From Eledone cirrhosa (Eukaryota), in the NCBI GenBank assembly GCA_964016885.1, contig OZ024759.1:32302001-32366000 (forward strand): 64,000 nucleotides of DNA. Direction: 5' to 3'. Under the pieces are notes generated by a model, which searched no databases, was not told the DNA's origin, and worked only from the letters and a program-made list of their open reading frames with translations. Below, piece after piece: positions 28,460 to 45,212 of this stretch. The stretch's first letter is position 1. The number at the start of each line of letters is the position of its first letter. The translations under genes were made by a program, and so were the position numbers.

Positions 28460-30130
28460 CACGTCTGTCTGTCTGTCTGTCTGTATGTATGTATGTATGT
28501 ATGTGTGTCTGTGTGTGTGTGTCTGTATGTCTGTCTGTATGTCTGAATGTATGTCTGTCTGTGTGTCTGTCTGTATGTGTGTCTGTGTGTCTGTCTGTAT
28601 GTCTGTGTGTCTATCTGTGTGTCTGTATGTCTGTGTGTCTGTGTGTGTGTGTCTGTATGTCTGTCTGTATGTATGTCTGTGTGTGTCTGTGTCTGTCTGT
28701 CTGTCTGTCTGTCTGTATGTCTGTGTGTCTGTGTGTGTGTCTGTATGTCTGTCTGTATGTGTGTCTGGCTGTCTGTATGTCTGTGTGTCTGTGTGTGTGT
28801 GTCTGTCTGTATGTGTGTCTGGCTGTCTGTATGTCTGTATGTCTGTGTGTCTGTGTGTCTGTCTGTCTGTCTGTATGTCTGTGTGTCTGTGTGTGTGTGT
28901 CTGTATGTCTGTCTGTATGTGTGTCTGTGTGTCTGTGCGTCTGGCTGTATGTGTGCCTGTGCGTCTGTGTGTCTGTGTGTCTGTATGTCTGTCTGTATGT
29001 GTGTCTGTGTGTCTGGCTGTATGTGTGTCTGTGCGTCTGTCTGTTTGTCTGTATGTCTGTGTGTGTGTATGTATGTCTGTATGTCTGTGTGTCTGTATGT
29101 ATGTCTGTGTGTCTGTATGTGTGTATGTATGTATGTGTGTGTGTATGTATGTCTGTGTGTCTGTATGTATGTCTGTGTGTCTGTCTGTATGTCTGTGTGT
29201 CTGTATGTGTGTCTGTATGTATGTGTGTCTGTATGTGTGTCTGTATGTATGTCTGTATGTCTGTGTGTCTGTCTGTATGTCTGTGTGTGTGTATGTGTGT
29301 CTGTATGTATGTCTGTGTGTCTGTGTGTCTGTCTGTCTGTCTGTCTGTCTGTGTGTGTGACTGTGTGTGTGTCTGTATGTCTGTGTGTGTGTCTGTATGT
29401 CTGTCTGTATGTCTGTATGTGTGTCTGTATGTGTGTCTGTATGTCTGTGTGTCTGTCTGTATGTCTGTCTGTGTGTCTGTCTGTATTTCTGTCTGTATGT
29501 CTGTGTGTGTGTCTGTATGTCTGTGTGTGTGTCTGTATGTCTGTCTGTATGTCTGTATGTGTGTCTGTATGTGTGTCTGTCTGTATGTCTGTCTGTATGT
29601 CTGTGTGTCTGTATGTGTGTCTGTCTGTCTGTCTGTGCGTGTGTCTGTATGTCTGTATGTGTGTCTGTGTGTGTGTCTGTATGTCTGTGTGGCTGTGTGT
29701 GTGTCTGTATGTCTGTGTGTCTGTCTGTATGTCTGTGTGTGTGTATGTGTGTCTGTATGTGTGTCTGTATGTCTGTGTGTCTGTATGTGTGTATGTATGT
29801 CTGTGTGTCTGTATGTGTGTCTGTGTGTTTGTCTGTATGTATGTATGTATGTATGTATGTGTGTGTGTATGTATGTCTGTATGTATGTATGTGTGTGTGT
29901 ATGTATGTATGTCTGTATGTATGTATGTGTGTGTGTATGTATGTCTGTGTGTCTGTCTGTATGTATGTTTGTCTGTCTGTGTGTCTGTCTGTATGTCTGT
30001 CTGTCTGTGTGTGTGTATGTGTGTCTGTCTGTATGTGTGTTTGTCTTTGTCTGTATGTATGTTTGTCTGTCTGTGTGTCTGTCTGTCTGTATGTCTGTCT
30101 GTCTGTCTGTGTGTATGTCTGTGTTTCTAT
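28460..30130. repeat. 1.7-kb compound (TGTC/TGTA/TG)n microsatellite
   Basis: Directly visible; source of the spurious 570-770 aa ORFs. Confidence 0.95.
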
Positions 30131-30251
30131 ACGTATATATATATGTATGTATATATATATATATATGTGCATATGTGTCTGTGTGTATGCATGTATGTAT
30201 ATTTACGTGTAGATGTGTGTAAGTATATATATATATATGTATGTATATATG

Positions 30252-30297
<46 letters not shown>

Positions 30298-30445
30298 TGT
30301 GTGTGTGTATGTATATCTCTCTCTATATATGTATGTATATGTGTGTGTGTGTATATATGCACATATATATATATATATTTGTGTGTGTGTGTGTATGTAT
30401 ATCTCTCTCTATATATGTATGTATATGTGTGTGTGTGTATATATG

Positions 30446-30550
<105 letters not shown>

Positions 30551-30552
30551 GT

Positions 30553-30592
<40 letters not shown>

Positions 30593-30806
30593 ATGTATAT
30601 ATCTCTCTATATATGTATGTATATGTGTGTGTGTGTATATCTGCACATATATATATGTGTGTGTGTGTGTGTGTATGTATATCTCTATATATATGTATGT
30701 ATATGTGTGTATGTGTATATATGCATATATATATATATATATGTGTGTGTGTGTATGTATATCTCTCTCTATATATGTATGTATATGTGTGTGTGTATAT
30801 ATGCAC

Positions 30807-30842
<36 letters not shown>

Positions 30843-30958
30843 ATGTATAACTCTCTATATATATGTATGTATATGTGTGTGTGTGTGTATATGCACATAT
30901 ATATATATATACATATATATATATGTGTGTGTGTGAATAGAGGTTTCTTTTATCTCTG

Positions 30959-31011
<53 letters not shown>

Positions 31012-31178
31012 GGAGAGTGACTGTATAAATGTGAGTGTGTATTCATGGAGACTATCTTATGTCAGTTTATTTAATGGTCGGCCTTAGAAGGTTTGTTGAA
31101 GTCATGGGAACCCCTCCTTCCTCCAGACTTACCATGTATATATATTTATATATATATATATATATTTATACATATATA

Positions 31179-31577
<399 letters not shown>

Positions 31578-31651
31578 TATATATATAGAGAGAGAGATAT
31601 ATATATATGCATATATATATATATTATATATATATATGCATATATATATTA

Positions 31652-31692
<41 letters not shown>

Positions 31693-31711
31693 TATATATA
31701 TATATATATGC

Positions 31712-31745
<34 letters not shown>

Positions 31746-31749
31746 ATGC

Positions 31750-31833
<84 letters not shown>

Positions 31834-31846
31834 GCATATATATATA

Positions 31847-32000
<154 letters not shown>

Positions 32001-32137
32001 TATAAATATATAAGATTGCAAGTTTGAAGAATTATTATATATATACATATTTGGTCGTCAAATATGAAATTTGTAGAAATTCGTAGAAAAAAACAAATTT
32101 CTACAAATTTCGTATTTGACCATCTATTATATATATG

Positions 32138-32172
<35 letters not shown>

Positions 32173-33114
32173 GTGTGTGCAAATATACAAGGAGGTAATG
32201 TTTATTTATTTCAGAAACCGGAAACAGCAATTCACCCCAGTGACTGGCAATTCCATTTTGAGATTCTTCAGGCGGACAAATATATATATATATATAGGTT
32301 TGTATATAATAAATTCAAGGCTTCCGGTGTATTATCGATCTGAATCGATCGAATGATGATATCTACTACAAACATCTTCAAATCATCCCTCAAGTCCGAC
32401 TGTTCTTTCTTTCCAAAATGTCGACTGGTATGTGTTGTCTTAGATGTTTTGTCGACAATGTATTGTCTTAGATGCACTTAGATTTGAAAACTCCACCTTG
32501 GATGGCCACGTCTGGGACGTCACAAATAATCACACTCTCTCACTCTTATCTGAACTCAACGAAACATAGTCTCTACATAGTTACTCGATTTGCTAGATTT
32601 ACCAGTCACATCTCGATCAAATCACAGGAAAACAAAAATTAAAGGACACATTAGATGATGTAGTCAGAGATTACTTGTAAAGAAGACATGATGGTCATCG
32701 CTGGAATATATTTTTTTTTTTGCATAAATGCATAAATAATCCTAATACACACACATTTGTGAGATATATCGTAAAGATTTCTTACATTAACATACATAGC
32801 TACAGATGTGAGGTATGGCCTACATTATAATGGTTTCTTATACAGCTACAGAACAGATGTAAGATGTGGGCTACATTATAACGGTTTTTTGGGGTTTTTT
32901 GCAGCTACAGAACCGGTAAAATGGATAGAACCGGTTCAAACTGGATAGAACCGCTTCAATCCGGATAGAACAGGCCTTTTCAATACCTCTATCTTTCTCA
33001 CTTCCATTTCTCTCACACTCTATCCTTCTCTGGAAAAAAATCTGGTAACATATATATATATATATATATTAAAATACAAATATTAATAAAATAGATGTTC
33101 TTTTGATCAATTAA

Positions 33115-33166
33115 ATTTATTATACATATTTCGGAGGTACAACAGTACGTCCTCATCAGACAAAAT
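33115..33166 (-). ncRNA. Type I hammerhead (left-arm copy)
   Basis: Reverse complement of the 33591-33643 motif. Confidence 0.75.
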
Positions 33167-33590
33167 ATAATGATACATTACATACCCTGAGATGTTAAAT
33201 GGTTAAGATTTAATCAAGGTAGTGATTAACCCAAGAGAAAACTCAACATTTATGCCCTAATAATGAGAAAATGCGAAAACGTAATAAATTCAATAGAGAA
33301 TGTGAGTAAGAAAAACGTTGCTTAATGTGACAGCTATAGTGATTTTAAAATGTAGGATACTACAAGTTATGGCTATCTAGGAAACTTCTCATGAATTATA
33401 ACAGTCCATGAGGGCCGCTGAAAGAGGATTTAAAGAGAGGGAAAGATAAAGGGGAGTAATATATGCAGAACGAGATTTTTTTCCCAAAACTAAACGGTTA
33501 AGTTTCAAAATATTTAATTTATGTTATTTTAAGGGTGAAGAATCAAGATTTTAGGTTTTTTTAATCTCAGGGTATGTCATGTATCATTAT

Positions 33591-33643
33591 ATTTTGTCTG
33601 ATGAGGACGTACTGTTGTACCTCCGAAATATGTATAATAAAAT
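33591..33643 (+). ncRNA. Type I hammerhead ribozyme
   Basis: attttgt-CTGATGA-gga c gtac tgtt gtac c tcc-GAAA-tatgt-ATA-ataaaat; 7-bp stem I, minimal stem III. Confidence 0.8.
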
Positions 33644-33784
33644 TTAATTGATCAAAAGAACATCTATTTTATTAATATTTGTATTTTAATATTAATAACT
33701 CTGGAAATATTTTTTTTGTGTAGAGTGTTTCCAACCTACTGTAAAACTCATTCTTTGATGTACTCATTGAATCTTGTTTAACTC

Positions 33785-34789
<1,005 letters not shown>

Positions 34790-34790
<1 letters not shown>

Positions 34791-34968
34791 AATAAATACA
34801 CCAGGATTTTTTCATTCTGATGATTGAAAGTAACATTTTTTGCTTTTAAGAAACCACTGGTAAATGGAATAATTGCCTTATGTTGTTTATTACATAACTA
34901 TTAAGCTCTGTTACCTACATAGAGCACTCTTTTTTCCTGGACTTTTCGACGGAATTACTTCATTCGCA
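34790..34968 (+). mobile_element. Family E element (no inverted arm) with intact hammerhead at 34811-34868
   Basis: ttcatt-CTGATGA-ttgaaagtaa...ttgcttttaa-GAAA-ccactg-GTA-aatgga; GAGCACT at 34922; closely similar to 10540-10717. Confidence 0.8.
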
Positions 34969-35060
34969 TATATATATATATATATATATGCATATATGTA
35001 TCCTGTATATACGTGTACATATATGTATACATATCATATATATATGTTATATGTCCATTA

Positions 35061-35098
35061 CGAGCTGAGGATCCACTAAGGTGAAACAATTGTTCTCG
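35061..35098 (+). ncRNA. Minimal hammerhead motif
   Basis: cgag-CTGAGGA-tcc actaa ggt-GAAA-caatt-GTT-ctcg; palindromic ACAATTGT; downstream GAGTGCT and GAGTACT (35223) tail motifs. Confidence 0.65.
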
Positions 35099-35270
35099 GT
35101 ATGGGGAACTAACTGTTGTGTAACCACTTCTACCTAACTCGTCCCATGGACTGAGTGCTCTACCACTACGGATATTCCCTTCCCGTGTTCTACCTCTCTC
35201 TCTATATATATTACTCAATACCGAGTACTCATTTCTCGCAGCTATCAACCACATACGGATTTATGTATAT

Positions 35271-35666
35271 TAGGGTGGCCCTTAGCAATAGGTAATTTTC
35301 CGAAAATTAAAATTTTGCTGCTCCGACAGCGAAAAATAGGTGTTTACCCTATACCTGCACTCTGTCCCCAGCTTTGCAAATTGCCTTCCCCATTATATTT
35401 AGTGTCACTTATCCTTCTAATACCAAGAATAAGTCTGGACATGTTTTTAATTTAAAAGAAAATTTGATAAAAGATAAAAAATATTTAGACGAAAAAATGA
35501 CTTTACGTGTGAAAACCTCCAAATTTCACGGTGATGAGGGTCGCCTTGCAGTTGTCAGCTTGAGCTGAATTTTTGCATAGATTGGTGCTTTGTTAACTGG
35601 AACAAGATAGGGTGGTGGGAGCTAAACTTTTAAACGTTTTAAAGTTGAAAAATAAGGGCCACTCTA
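35271..35666. mobile_element. Non-autonomous hAT(m)-like element (MITE)
   Basis: 14-bp TIRs tagggtggccctta / taagggccactcta (1 mismatch); flanking 8-mers atgtatat / atatatat. Confidence 0.65.
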
Positions 35667-35687
35667 ATATATATAAAAAATATATAT

Positions 35688-35877
35688 AGGAACCAGTAAG
35701 ACCCCGACAGCTGAGCTCAAGCCGTTTCGACGGCTAATTCTGGACTAATTAGCCGTCGATACGGCTTGAGCTCAGCTGTCGGGGTCTTACTGGTTCCTAT
35801 TACCCACTCTACTACCTCAAGTATTGAGTACTTTGGTGCGTTATGGTCCACCTGGTTCCTTACCACATTTCCTTCGT
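35688..35877 (+). mobile_element. Family B fold-back element
   Basis: About 50-bp inverted arms around 35743; GAGTACT at 35826; ends at TA. Confidence 0.8.
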
Positions 35878-35956
35878 TATATATATATATATATATGCAT
35901 ATATATAATAGTAATAATAAATGTGAAGACTAAAATCCGAAGAGGGCTCGATAAGG

Positions 35957-36055
<99 letters not shown>

Positions 36056-36113
36056 ATATATAAATATATACAATACATTAACAAATCGAAACTATATTTA
36101 TAAAACCATATTT

Positions 36114-36177
36114 ATTCTATTATACATATTTCAAGGGCCACCAAAGCAAATTATGGTGCGCTTTCATCAGATAAAAT
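36114..36177 (-). ncRNA. Type I hammerhead ribozyme motif
   Basis: Minus: attttat-CTGATGA-aagcg cacca taatttgctt tggtg gccctt-GAAA-tatgt-ATA-atagaat. Island 36070-36300; internally deleted relative at 995-1090. Confidence 0.75.
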
Positions 36178-36299
36178 GCAATACAGATTAGTTTTATAAA
36201 TAAATATTGACATACCCTTAAAAAAGACAACCTTAACGGTTGGAGCTTCCTGGATAGTTTAAGCTTGTTGAATCCCAACAAATTGAATATAACCTTTGC

Positions 36300-36339
<40 letters not shown>

Positions 36340-36362
36340 ACTATGATATATGTAACTATGTG

Positions 36363-36395
<33 letters not shown>

Positions 36396-36442
36396 ATATA
36401 TATATGTGTGTGTGTGTATATATATATGTGTGTGTATGTGTG

Positions 36443-36473
<31 letters not shown>

Positions 36474-36556
36474 GTGTATATATATATATATATGTGTGGG
36501 TGTGTATATGCGTATATATATATATATATGTGTGGGTATATGTATATATATATATA

Positions 36557-36591
<35 letters not shown>

Positions 36592-36704
36592 GTGTGTATA
36601 TGTGTATATATATATATATGTGTGTGTATATGTATATATATATATATATATGTGTATATGTATATATATATATATATGTGTGTATATGTGTATATATATA
36701 TATA

Positions 36705-36869
<165 letters not shown>

Positions 36870-36898
36870 ATATGTATATATATATATATATATATGTG

Positions 36899-37007
<109 letters not shown>

Positions 37008-37142
37008 ATATGCGTATATATAATAAAAGAGACAGTCACTGGTGCCATAATATCTCCCTTTTCCTGTTCCTTAATACAATAATTCAATAATATTTATCGA
37101 TATATTTAGTATTGAACAGTTGCAACATTGCCACCTATTTAA

Positions 37143-37213
37143 CTGTTGTTGTTGTTGTTATTGCTGTTGTTATTGCTGTTGTTGTTATTGCTGGTGTTAT
37201 TGTTGTTGTTGTT

Positions 37214-37249
<36 letters not shown>

Positions 37250-38230
37250 GCTGCTGTTGTCGTTATTGCTGTTGTTGTTGTTATTGTTGTTGTTGTTGTT
37301 ATTGTTGTTATTGTTGTTATTGCTGTTGTTGTTATTGCTGTTATTGTTGTTGTTGTTATTACTAATATTGTTGTTATTGTTGTTACTGTTTTTATTGTTG
37401 TTATTACTGTTATTGTTGTTATTGTTGTTGTTGTTGTTACTATTGTTGTTGCTGTTGTTGTTGTTGTTTTTGGTGGTGGTTGTGGTATTGTTGATATCAC
37501 TGTTGTTGTTGTTGTTGATATTGCTGTGGTTGTTGTTGTTGATATTGCTGTGGTTGTTGTTGTTGATATTGCTGTGGTTGTTGTTGTTGATATTGCTGTG
37601 GTTGTTGTTGTTGTTGATATTGCTGTGGTTGTTGTTGTTGTTGCCATTCAACACCTTCCCTTCTATCTCGCCGTATTCCACTGACATCTAGCCCCCACCT
37701 CCTCCACCACCTTCCAATGACATCCACCACCGCCATCTTCTACCTTTATCGCTACAACACCGCCACCACCACCACCACCAGCAGCACCACCACCACCGCC
37801 ACCACACCACTACCGCCATCTTCTACCTTTATCGCCACAACATCGCCACCACCACCACCACCACCACCACCACCGCCATCTTCTACCTTTATCACCACAA
37901 CACCGCCACCCAAAATGTTCACCTAAACCGCCATATTCTACAGACACTCACTTCCCCACACAACCCCCATTACACCAATTCACAGCCCCACGACACCACC
38001 ACCACCACCATCCACAACACCACCACCAACACCACCACCATCCACACCACCACCACCATCCACACCACCACCACCATCCACACCACCACCACCATCCACC
38101 ACCACCACCACCACCGACACCATCACCACTACCACCACCAACACCACCACCACCATCTACACCACCAACATCCACACAACAATACCACCATCTACACCAC
38201 CACCATCACCACCACCACCACCACCCACAC
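37143..38230. repeat. (GTT)n and (CCA)n trinucleotide tracts
   Basis: Directly visible. Confidence 0.9.
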
Positions 38231-38415
38231 AACACCGCCATATTCCAATGACATCCATATCCGTTAGTGTTGTTGTTGTTGTTATTATTTTGTGAAATGG
38301 ATTCATATGACAAAAGAATAGTTCTTTTTTTTTTGTTTACTTTTTTCACTATTTTCTGTTCAATTGTTATTGGGGGATTGTTCTTGGCAGTTTCCGATTG
38401 AGCATTTAGTTGTTG

Positions 38416-38465
<50 letters not shown>

Positions 38466-38482
38466 ATAAATATATATATATA

Positions 38483-38548
<66 letters not shown>

Positions 38549-38564
38549 TATTTATATATAAATT

Positions 38565-38606
<42 letters not shown>

Positions 38607-38643
38607 TTTATATTTAGATATAAATTTATATATATATATATAA

Positions 38644-38722
<79 letters not shown>

Positions 38723-38737
38723 CATATTTATAAATAA

Positions 38738-38793
<56 letters not shown>

Positions 38794-38895
38794 GTGTATT
38801 TCTATATATATATATATATATATATTTATATTTATTTATATAGAAATATTTATATATATATATATATATAGAAATACACATATATATATATATAT

Positions 38896-38947
<52 letters not shown>

Positions 38948-38957
38948 TTATAAATAA

Positions 38958-39076
<119 letters not shown>

Positions 39077-39603
39077 TATAAATACATATTTATAAATAAA
39101 TAAATATATACATATATATATATTCCTGTTTCTTATCGAGAGGATCCTATAATACCCCACCACCACCAGCCGCAACAACAACAGACACCACCACCCATCC
39201 TCCACCTTGATATATTTTTTCTATTTCTGCCTTTGACAACATTCAGTTTTTTTCCTCTTTTGATGTCCGTCCTAACGTTTGCAAACTTGTCATTATTTAT
39301 ACTTGTCAGCCATTTTGGTTCTTCGTTTGTTTGTTTGTTTGTTGTTGTTTATTTTGGTGGTAATGGCAGCGGTGGTGATGGTGTTCTTGGTGCTACAGGT
39401 GGTGGTGCTGGTGGTACTGGTGATGGTGGTGGTGGTGTTGGTAGTGGAGGAGAAGGAGGAGGCTGAGATCTTTTTGTTTTACTTCACCTAACCTTAAAGT
39501 TTGTGTTTCATGTCGTGCTGGATCGAATTTGCTTTCTACAAATATTATAACAATGGCGTTATATATATGTATATATATATATGTGTGTGTGTGTATATAT
39601 ATG

Positions 39604-39646
<43 letters not shown>

Positions 39647-39647
39647 G

Positions 39648-39681
<34 letters not shown>

Positions 39682-39824
39682 AGTGTGTGTGTGTGTGTGT
39701 GTATATATATATTTGTGTATGTGTATGTGTGTTTATATTTGAATGTGTGTGTGTGTTTTTGTCGTATACATTAATGTATATACATTTAGATATATATCAA
39801 TATATGTATGTGTGTGTATATGAA

Positions 39825-39889
<65 letters not shown>

Positions 39890-39922
39890 GCATGGATGTT
39901 TCCGTGTATATATGTATGTATG

Positions 39923-40010
<88 letters not shown>

Positions 40011-40230
40011 GTGTGAATGTATGCATATATCTGTAATACGGCGTAAGAATGGATGTATGTTTAGGGAGCTCGCTTCCTAACCCCATTATTTCGGGGTCTG
40101 TTCAACTGCGTAGTACCTTAAACCAAGCACATGCCGTGTCCTTTACCGGTCTCCCGCACCTTTTTTCCACAGAAGAAGAGAGAATGATAGAAAGAGGAAA
40201 TGAGAAAGAGATATATTGGAAGTATATATA

Positions 40231-40446
40231 AGTCGATCAACTTTCGTCAAATCGGACCGAAAACAATGTTTCCGTTGGTCTTTCCAATTGCTAGTACTCT
40301 CTATCGGTCGCAACTCCAGGTAGAAGGAGCAACGTGAAATAAAGTGTTTTGCTCAAGGACATAACGCATCGCCTGGTCTGAGGATCGATCTCTCAACCTC
40401 ACGATTGCGAATCCAATTCTCTAACCACTGAGCCACGCGCCTTCAC
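40231..40446 (-). mobile_element. SINE S2 with complete tRNA-like head
   Basis: Minus begins gtgaaggcgcgtggctcagtggttagag (A-box); matches 3872-4068. Confidence 0.8.
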
Positions 40447-40864
40447 CCACTGAGCCACGCGCCTTCACCCACTGAGCCACGCGCCTTCACCCACTCAGCC
40501 ACGCGCCTTCACCCACTGAGCCACGCGCCTTCACCCACTGAGCCACGCGCCTTCACCCACTGAGCCACGCGCCTTCACCCACTCAGCCACGCGCCTTCGC
40601 CCACTGAGCCACGCGCCTTCACCCACTGAGCCACGCGCCTTCGCCCACTGAGCCACGCGCCTTCACCCACTGAGCCACGCGCCTTCGCCCACTGAGCCAC
40701 GCGCCTTCACCCACTGAGCCACGCGCCTTCGCCCACTGAGCCACGCGCCTTCACCCACTGAGCCACGCGCCTTCACCCACTCAGCCACGCGCCTTCACCC
40801 ACTGAGCCACGCGCCTTCACCCACTGAGCCACGCGCCTTCACCCACTGAGCCACGCGCCTTCAC
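40425..40864. repeat. 22-bp minisatellite, 20 copies, made from the SINE S2 5' end
   Basis: Unit ccact(g/c)agccacgcgccttc(a/g)c; 440 bp, no spacers. Confidence 0.95.
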
Positions 40865-40877
40865 AATGGAAGTATCA

Positions 40878-41045
40878 ACCTCAGTATTGTACTGGTACGT
40901 TCTTATTGACTACGAAAGGATGAAAGGCAAAATTGACCTTGGCAAAGTTGACCTTGGCGGAATTTGAATTCAGAGAGCGGAGAGCAGGAATTGATATAAT
41001 AAAGCATTCTTTCCGACGATCTAACGACTCTGTCACTTCGCCATC
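40878..41045 (-). mobile_element. SINE S1, diverged
   Basis: actggtac...aaggatgaaaggcaaa...cggaatttgaattcag; short internal duplication. Confidence 0.75.
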
Positions 41046-41348
41046 TTTAGATAAATATAAATATATTAAAATAAACAGTTTTCTAACATAGAACCTAGAG
41101 TTGTTTCAAATAATTTAGTATGAGGTTATTTTTTATTAAAAAGATGCCCAAGACACGCCGTATGTCACCATGGATACGCCACGACACCACCACTAGTTAC
41201 ATACAAGCACTATCTTAATAACGATGGTATTTCCATGTGTTGTTCTGTACAATACGACAATAATGACAATAATAACACAGCTTTTACATGGCTTTTTGTC
41301 ATGTGAGATAATGGAAATTTGAACGTTGATGTACAGACATTGTGATAG

Positions 41349-41399
<51 letters not shown>

Positions 41400-41489
41400 G
41401 GAGGTGAGTTTTATTGTAGTACAATATATATGTAGATTTAAAACTGCACTATCCACAAGTGTTTTTTAGCCTTCATATCATGTTCTCCT

Positions 41490-41558
41490 GTTTTATCTGA
41501 TGAAAACACAAATATTATTGCATGATGATGTTTGTTTTTGAAATGCGCATAATAAAAT
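41490..41558 (+). ncRNA. Type I hammerhead ribozyme motif
   Basis: gttttat-CTGATGA-aaacacaaatattatt gcat gatgatgtttgttttt-GAAA-tgcgc-ATA-ataaaat; palindromic ATGCGCAT. TA-flanked island 41397-41592. Confidence 0.8.
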
Positions 41559-41594
41559 ACATGGAACTCCTTTAACCATCTTTTGATCTTATAT

Positions 41595-41649
<55 letters not shown>

Positions 41650-41654
41650 CTATC

Positions 41655-41751
<97 letters not shown>

Positions 41752-41777
41752 TAATGATAGCTATATATATATATATG

Positions 41778-41966
41778 GGATGACAAATTATCGTTATAGG
41801 TAATCCAGTTAGAAGTTGTGAGTACTGATGATTTGATTAGGCATACATTGTATTTAAAATTGCGAGACGCAACTTAAAGTGATTAGACACCCTAATCAAT
41901 GAAACAATTATTAACACTGTAAATAAAACTCTTTTTGTACTGTTGACTATGTTATTCTTCACTCGT

Positions 41967-41971
<5 letters not shown>
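41778..41971. mobile_element. Family C-related remnant
   Basis: 41781-41826 is the reverse complement of the family C tail; 41895-41971 resembles the C arm (atcaatgaaacaatt...ttcact). Confidence 0.6.
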
Positions 41972-42007
<36 letters not shown>

Positions 42008-42009
<2 letters not shown>

Positions 42010-42314
42010 CGAAGGAAATGTGGTAAGGAACCAGGTGGACCATAACGCACCAAAGTACTCAATACTTAGGGTAGTAGAGTGGGTAATAGGAACAAGTAAG
42101 ACCCCGACGGCTGAGCTCAAACCGTTTCGACGGCTAATTCTGTACAGAATTAGCCGTTGAAACGGCTTGAGCTCAGACGTCGGGGTCTTACTTGTTCCTA
42201 TATATATATATAGACGTCGGGGTCTTACTGGTTCCTATTACCCACTCTACTACCTCAAGTATTGAGTACTTTGGTGCGTTATGGTCCACCTGGTTCCTTA
42301 CCACATTTCCTTCG

Positions 42315-42316
<2 letters not shown>
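42008..42316. mobile_element. Two family B copies in divergent orientation (42008-42190 minus, 42212-42316 plus)
   Basis: Both tails closely match 35780-35877; separated by a short TA tract. Confidence 0.8.
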
Positions 42317-42360
<44 letters not shown>

Positions 42361-42364
<4 letters not shown>

Positions 42365-42558
42365 AGTATTAATAATAAATTTGAAGACTAAAATCCAAAG
42401 AGGGCTCGATAAGGATAAATATATATCAAATATATAAGAACTGTAGAGCAAATATTTATTAAAATAACAGATTAAAGTTTAAGCAAATAACAGCAGATCC
42501 CGTTAAGGGTGAAGCAGCGATTCTTTGCTTAAACTTTAATCTGTTATTTTAATAAATA
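42361..42558 (-). mobile_element. Family F element
   Basis: Closely similar to 11696-11937 with a different inversion junction. Confidence 0.8.
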
Positions 42559-42651
42559 TATATATATATATATATATAGGGAGAGAGAGAGAGATAGATC
42601 ATTTATATCATATTTATATATATATATATATATATAGTTATCATATATATC

Positions 42652-42736
<85 letters not shown>

Positions 42737-43053
42737 TTTGTTTAGATACAGCAGCTGAATCAAGATTAAAGGATACCCATACCCCCGCCACCAGTATAAT
42801 CTATTTCTTCCTCTTATCTATGAGAGTTCCTAGGTGTGTGTAGGTGTGTAGGTGTGTAGGTGTTTAGGTGTGTAGGTGTGTGTAGGTGTTGGTGTGTCTG
42901 AGTAGAGGTGTGTGTGTGTGTAGGTGTGCATGTGTAGTGGTGTGTGTAGGTGTAGGTAAAGGTGTGAAGGTGTGTGTGTTTAGAATTCCATGTAGGCGTA
43001 GATTGACATCCAGCTCTCTTACATGTAATGTCATGCATCTATCTATCTAACTA

Positions 43054-43094
<41 letters not shown>

Positions 43095-43118
43095 TCATTC
43101 ATATATATACATATATAT

Positions 43119-43213
<95 letters not shown>

Positions 43214-43237
43214 AATGTATATATATATATTCAGATG

Positions 43238-43271
<34 letters not shown>

Positions 43272-43307
43272 TACATTCATATATATACATATGTATATAT
43301 ATATATA

Positions 43308-43357
<50 letters not shown>

Positions 43358-43364
43358 CTCATTC

Positions 43365-43399
<35 letters not shown>

Positions 43400-43423
43400 C
43401 TCATTCATATATATATACATCTG

Positions 43424-43457
<34 letters not shown>

Positions 43458-43503
43458 TACACATATATATATATATATATATACTCATTCATATATATAT
43501 ACA

Positions 43504-43653
<150 letters not shown>

Positions 43654-43691
43654 CTCATTCATATATATATATACATCTGTATATATATACA

Positions 43692-43724
<33 letters not shown>

Positions 43725-43817
43725 TCACACATTCATATATATATGTCAGATAAGTCTCCATGACTTCGAAGGTAACTACAAAAATAAATGTTTCAGAGGT
43801 TGTTTATATATACACAT

Positions 43818-43919
<102 letters not shown>

Positions 43920-44101
43920 ATTGATGTAAATATAAGTATCTATTGAATTTAAAGCCCATATAATTGTGCTTACATATATATATATCTGTGTCTGTATGTG
44001 TTTTATATATATATATGTATATATATGTATATATGTATATATATATATATGTATATATATGTATATATGTATATATATGTATATATATATATATATATGT
44101 G

Positions 44102-44132
<31 letters not shown>

Positions 44133-44175
44133 GTATTTATATATATATGTATATATATGTATGTATATATATATG

Positions 44176-44227
<52 letters not shown>

Positions 44228-44272
44228 TATATATATGTATGTATGTATATATATATGTATATATATATATTA

Positions 44273-44879
44273 TGTCAGGTCACCAGTTGGTGCTACTGGT
44301 AACATGTATCCCAGTACAACCTGTCCCATGGTCGGGTCGTTGGCGACTAAACTGGCAACCCCACCAAGGTTTCTTGGTGAGGAGGGTGACTTTGGACATC
44401 CTGCAGGACTAAAAACAAAACCTGTCAAAGGGCAAAGGAGCTCTTAAGAGTCAATGGCCATCCAAAATCACCGGGAGAGATGACCCCTTAGCCTTTGTCA
44501 AGGCAGAATTCTAGGAGAAGGAAAACTCTGATATAACACCTGCAACCCTGATGGTATCCAATGATGTTGACTTGTTCTTCTTTTTGGTAAATATCATCTT
44601 GGTTAAGAGAGTGGGACTGGCTTTGTGCAGTGCCTTTGCTCACTATAAAAGCTTCACGGCACAGGCATTGCTTTATATCTGGAGATCTCTCTGCACTTGT
44701 CGTCACATGGTACCATGGGCCCAACACTATGTGTCAATAATTGTCACAAGTGTAGTGTTTGTACCAGAGTTTTCAAGTCGCTGGCTGGACTAAAAAGTCA
44801 CACTCGTTCAGCGCATCAGTAGGGGTTCTCCTACATGGATATAAAGTAGTGGCCGTACTCGAAAACGAGTTGGCAGCCA

Positions 44880-44882
<3 letters not shown>
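44273..44882 (+). mobile_element. Bipartite non-autonomous RTE-derived retroelement (5'UTR joined to ORF end and 3'UTR)
   Basis: RTE-like 5'UTR motif ctaggagaaggaaaactctga; 44745-44822 encodes C2H2 finger [25 protein letters not shown]; terminal hairpin actcg aaaa cgagt; ends in (TA)n. Confidence 0.7.
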
Positions 44883-44937
<55 letters not shown>

Positions 44938-44962
44938 GTATATATATATAAATATGTATATA

Positions 44963-45011
<49 letters not shown>

Positions 45012-45016
45012 GTATA

Positions 45017-45166
<150 letters not shown>

Positions 45167-45181
45167 TATATATAAATATAT

Positions 45182-45212
<31 letters not shown>

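Noticed and set aside
32052-32122. Short AT-rich palindrome between TA tracts
   Set aside because: No ribozyme core, tail motif or second copy in the window; cannot be assigned.
40425-40864. CRISPR-like array
   Set aside because: No unique spacers, eukaryotic context, and the unit is a SINE head.
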